Below are positions 35,402 through 36,403 of a stretch of 36,403 bases of DNA, piece after piece. Source of the DNA: a virus (lineage: Duplodnaviria > Heunggongvirae > Uroviricota > Caudoviricetes); IMG/VR virus record IMGVR_UViG_2675903318_000021. The stretch is one strand, 5' to 3'. Under the pieces are notes generated by a model. That model saw only the letters and a list, made by a program, of their open reading frames with translations. It was not told where the DNA came from and ran no database searches. Numbering within the stretch: position 1 is the stretch's first letter; every line of letters starts with the position of its first letter. Made by a program: the position numbers and the translations under genes.

Positions 35402-36403
35402 ATGTCGGTTCGTAAGATTCCATCAGGTAAATGGCTTTGCGAATGTTATCCCTACGGGGCATCGGGAAAACGCATTCGTAAACAGTTTGCGACAAAAAGT
35501 GAGGCGCTCTCTTATGAGCGCCGTTTAATGAATAGTAGAGTTGGAGACGAGTTTCAAGATGGTTCTGGTCCTCGTCTTTCTGAGTTGATTGCTCGTTGGT
35601 TTGAGATGTACGGTAAAACCTTGTCCTCTGGTGCAGAGCGCAAAGTCAAACTTGAGGCGATTTGTTCCAGGCTGGGAGATCCATTTGCTTCTCAGTTTGA
35701 CAAAAATATGTTTGCCACTTATCGGGAAAGAAGGCTATCAGGAGAATGGAATCCCAAGGGGAAGAAAAAACTTAGTGAAGCAACCGTTAATCGCGAGCAG
35801 TCATATCTACATGCTGTTTTTGCCGAACTGAAGCGCCTTGGGGAGTGGTCTGGTGAAAACCCCCTGACTGGTATTCGCAAGTTTCGTGAGGAAGAAAAGG
35901 AACTGGCGTTTCTGTATGTAGATGAGATTGAACGCCTTCTGATTGCGTGTGATGAGTCACGGAATAAAGATTTGGGGGTTGTTGTCCGTATTGGGCTTGC
36001 GACTGGTGCTCGGTGGAGTGAAGCAGAAGGATTAAAGCAATCTCAAGTACTGCCCGGTCGAATCACATTTGTTAAAACTAAAGGAAAGAAGAACCGCACT
36101 GTACCGATTTCACCTCAATTGCAGGCTATGCTTCCCAAAAAACGAGGAGCGCTATTTTCACCATGTTATGAGGCTTTTGACGCTGCAATTAAGAGAGCGA
36201 AGATCGAGCTTCCTGATGGGCAATTAACTCATGTGCTACGTCACACGTTTGCCAGTCATTTTATGATGCGGGGCGGAAATATTCTTGTGTTGCAAAAAAT
36301 ACTGGGGCATAGCGATATAAAAATGACTATGCGTTATGCGCATTTTGCTCCAGGTCATTTAGAGGCTGCTGTTGAATTGAACCCTTTTGACAATAGAGGG
36401 TAA
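35402..36403 (+). CDS. int: tyrosine-type site-specific integrase (P2/186 Int-like)
   Basis: 333-aa ORF ending at the window edge; C-terminal catalytic region with R...HxxR...Y pattern (VLRHTFASHFMMRGG...MRYAHF). Confidence 0.9.
   Translation: MSVRKIPSGKWLCECYPYGASGKRIRKQFATKSEALSYERRLMNSRVGDEFQDGSGPRLSELIARWFEMYGKTLSSGAERKVKLEAICSRLGDPFASQFDKNMFATYRERRLSGEWNPKGKKKLSEATVNREQSYLHAVFAELKRLGEWSGENPLTGIRKFREEEKELAFLYVDEIERLLIACDESRNKDLGVVVRIGLATGARWSEAEGLKQSQVLPGRITFVKTKGKKNRTVPISPQLQAMLPKKRGALFSPCYEAFDAAIKRAKIELPDGQLTHVLRHTFASHFMMRGGNILVLQKILGHSDIKMTMRYAHFAPGHLEAAVELNPFDNRG

Larger units (their letters stand above)
1070..36403. mobile_element. P2-like (Peduovirus-type) prophage, near complete; left boundary not resolved (somewhere between 1070 and 2344), right att site lies beyond the window
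   Basis: Contiguous P2-type gene set (ogr, D, FI, FII, E/E', T, U, G, H, I, J, W, V, S, R, lysis, X, L, M, N, O, P, Q, A, repressor, int) recognised from ORF translations; AT-rich cargo islands; int at window edge. Confidence 0.85.

Overview
The window holds the 3' end of a conserved enterobacterial core locus (pgsA followed by the tRNA-Gly/Cys/Leu operon) and then an essentially complete P2-like (Peduovirus-type) prophage that runs to the right edge, where a tyrosine integrase gene ends at 36403. All calls are from reading the ORF translations and the DNA by eye; no database search was run. The prophage carries ogr and D, a tail sheath/tube/E-E'/tape-measure/U operon, fibre and baseplate genes (G H I J W V), tail completion genes S and R, a lysis cassette, head genes X L M N O, terminase P and portal Q, replication gene A, an early operon of small genes, a repressor/RHH switch and int. 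Points that deviate from canonical P2 or look like cargo: (1) the FI-FII-E-T-U block is on the opposite strand to D/ogr and to the G-to-O genes; (2) the Z/fun-equivalent slot holds an AT-rich hexapeptide acetyltransferase; (3) the cos-to-A slot holds a 3-TM membrane protein, a Zn-finger gene that appears frameshifted, and a ParM/ParR actin-type partition cassette with parC-like palindromic repeats; (4) two AT-rich genes sit between the repressor and int, the first sharing a peptide motif with the repressor C-terminus; (5) an unlisted 46-aa Hok/Gef-like type I toxin ORF lies between the tRNA cluster and ogr; (6) a 37-aa transmembrane peptide ORF is translationally coupled in the early operon. 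The strongest candidates for an undescribed system are the membrane protein plus ParMR cluster and the repressor-linked gene pair, but none of these is demonstrated.
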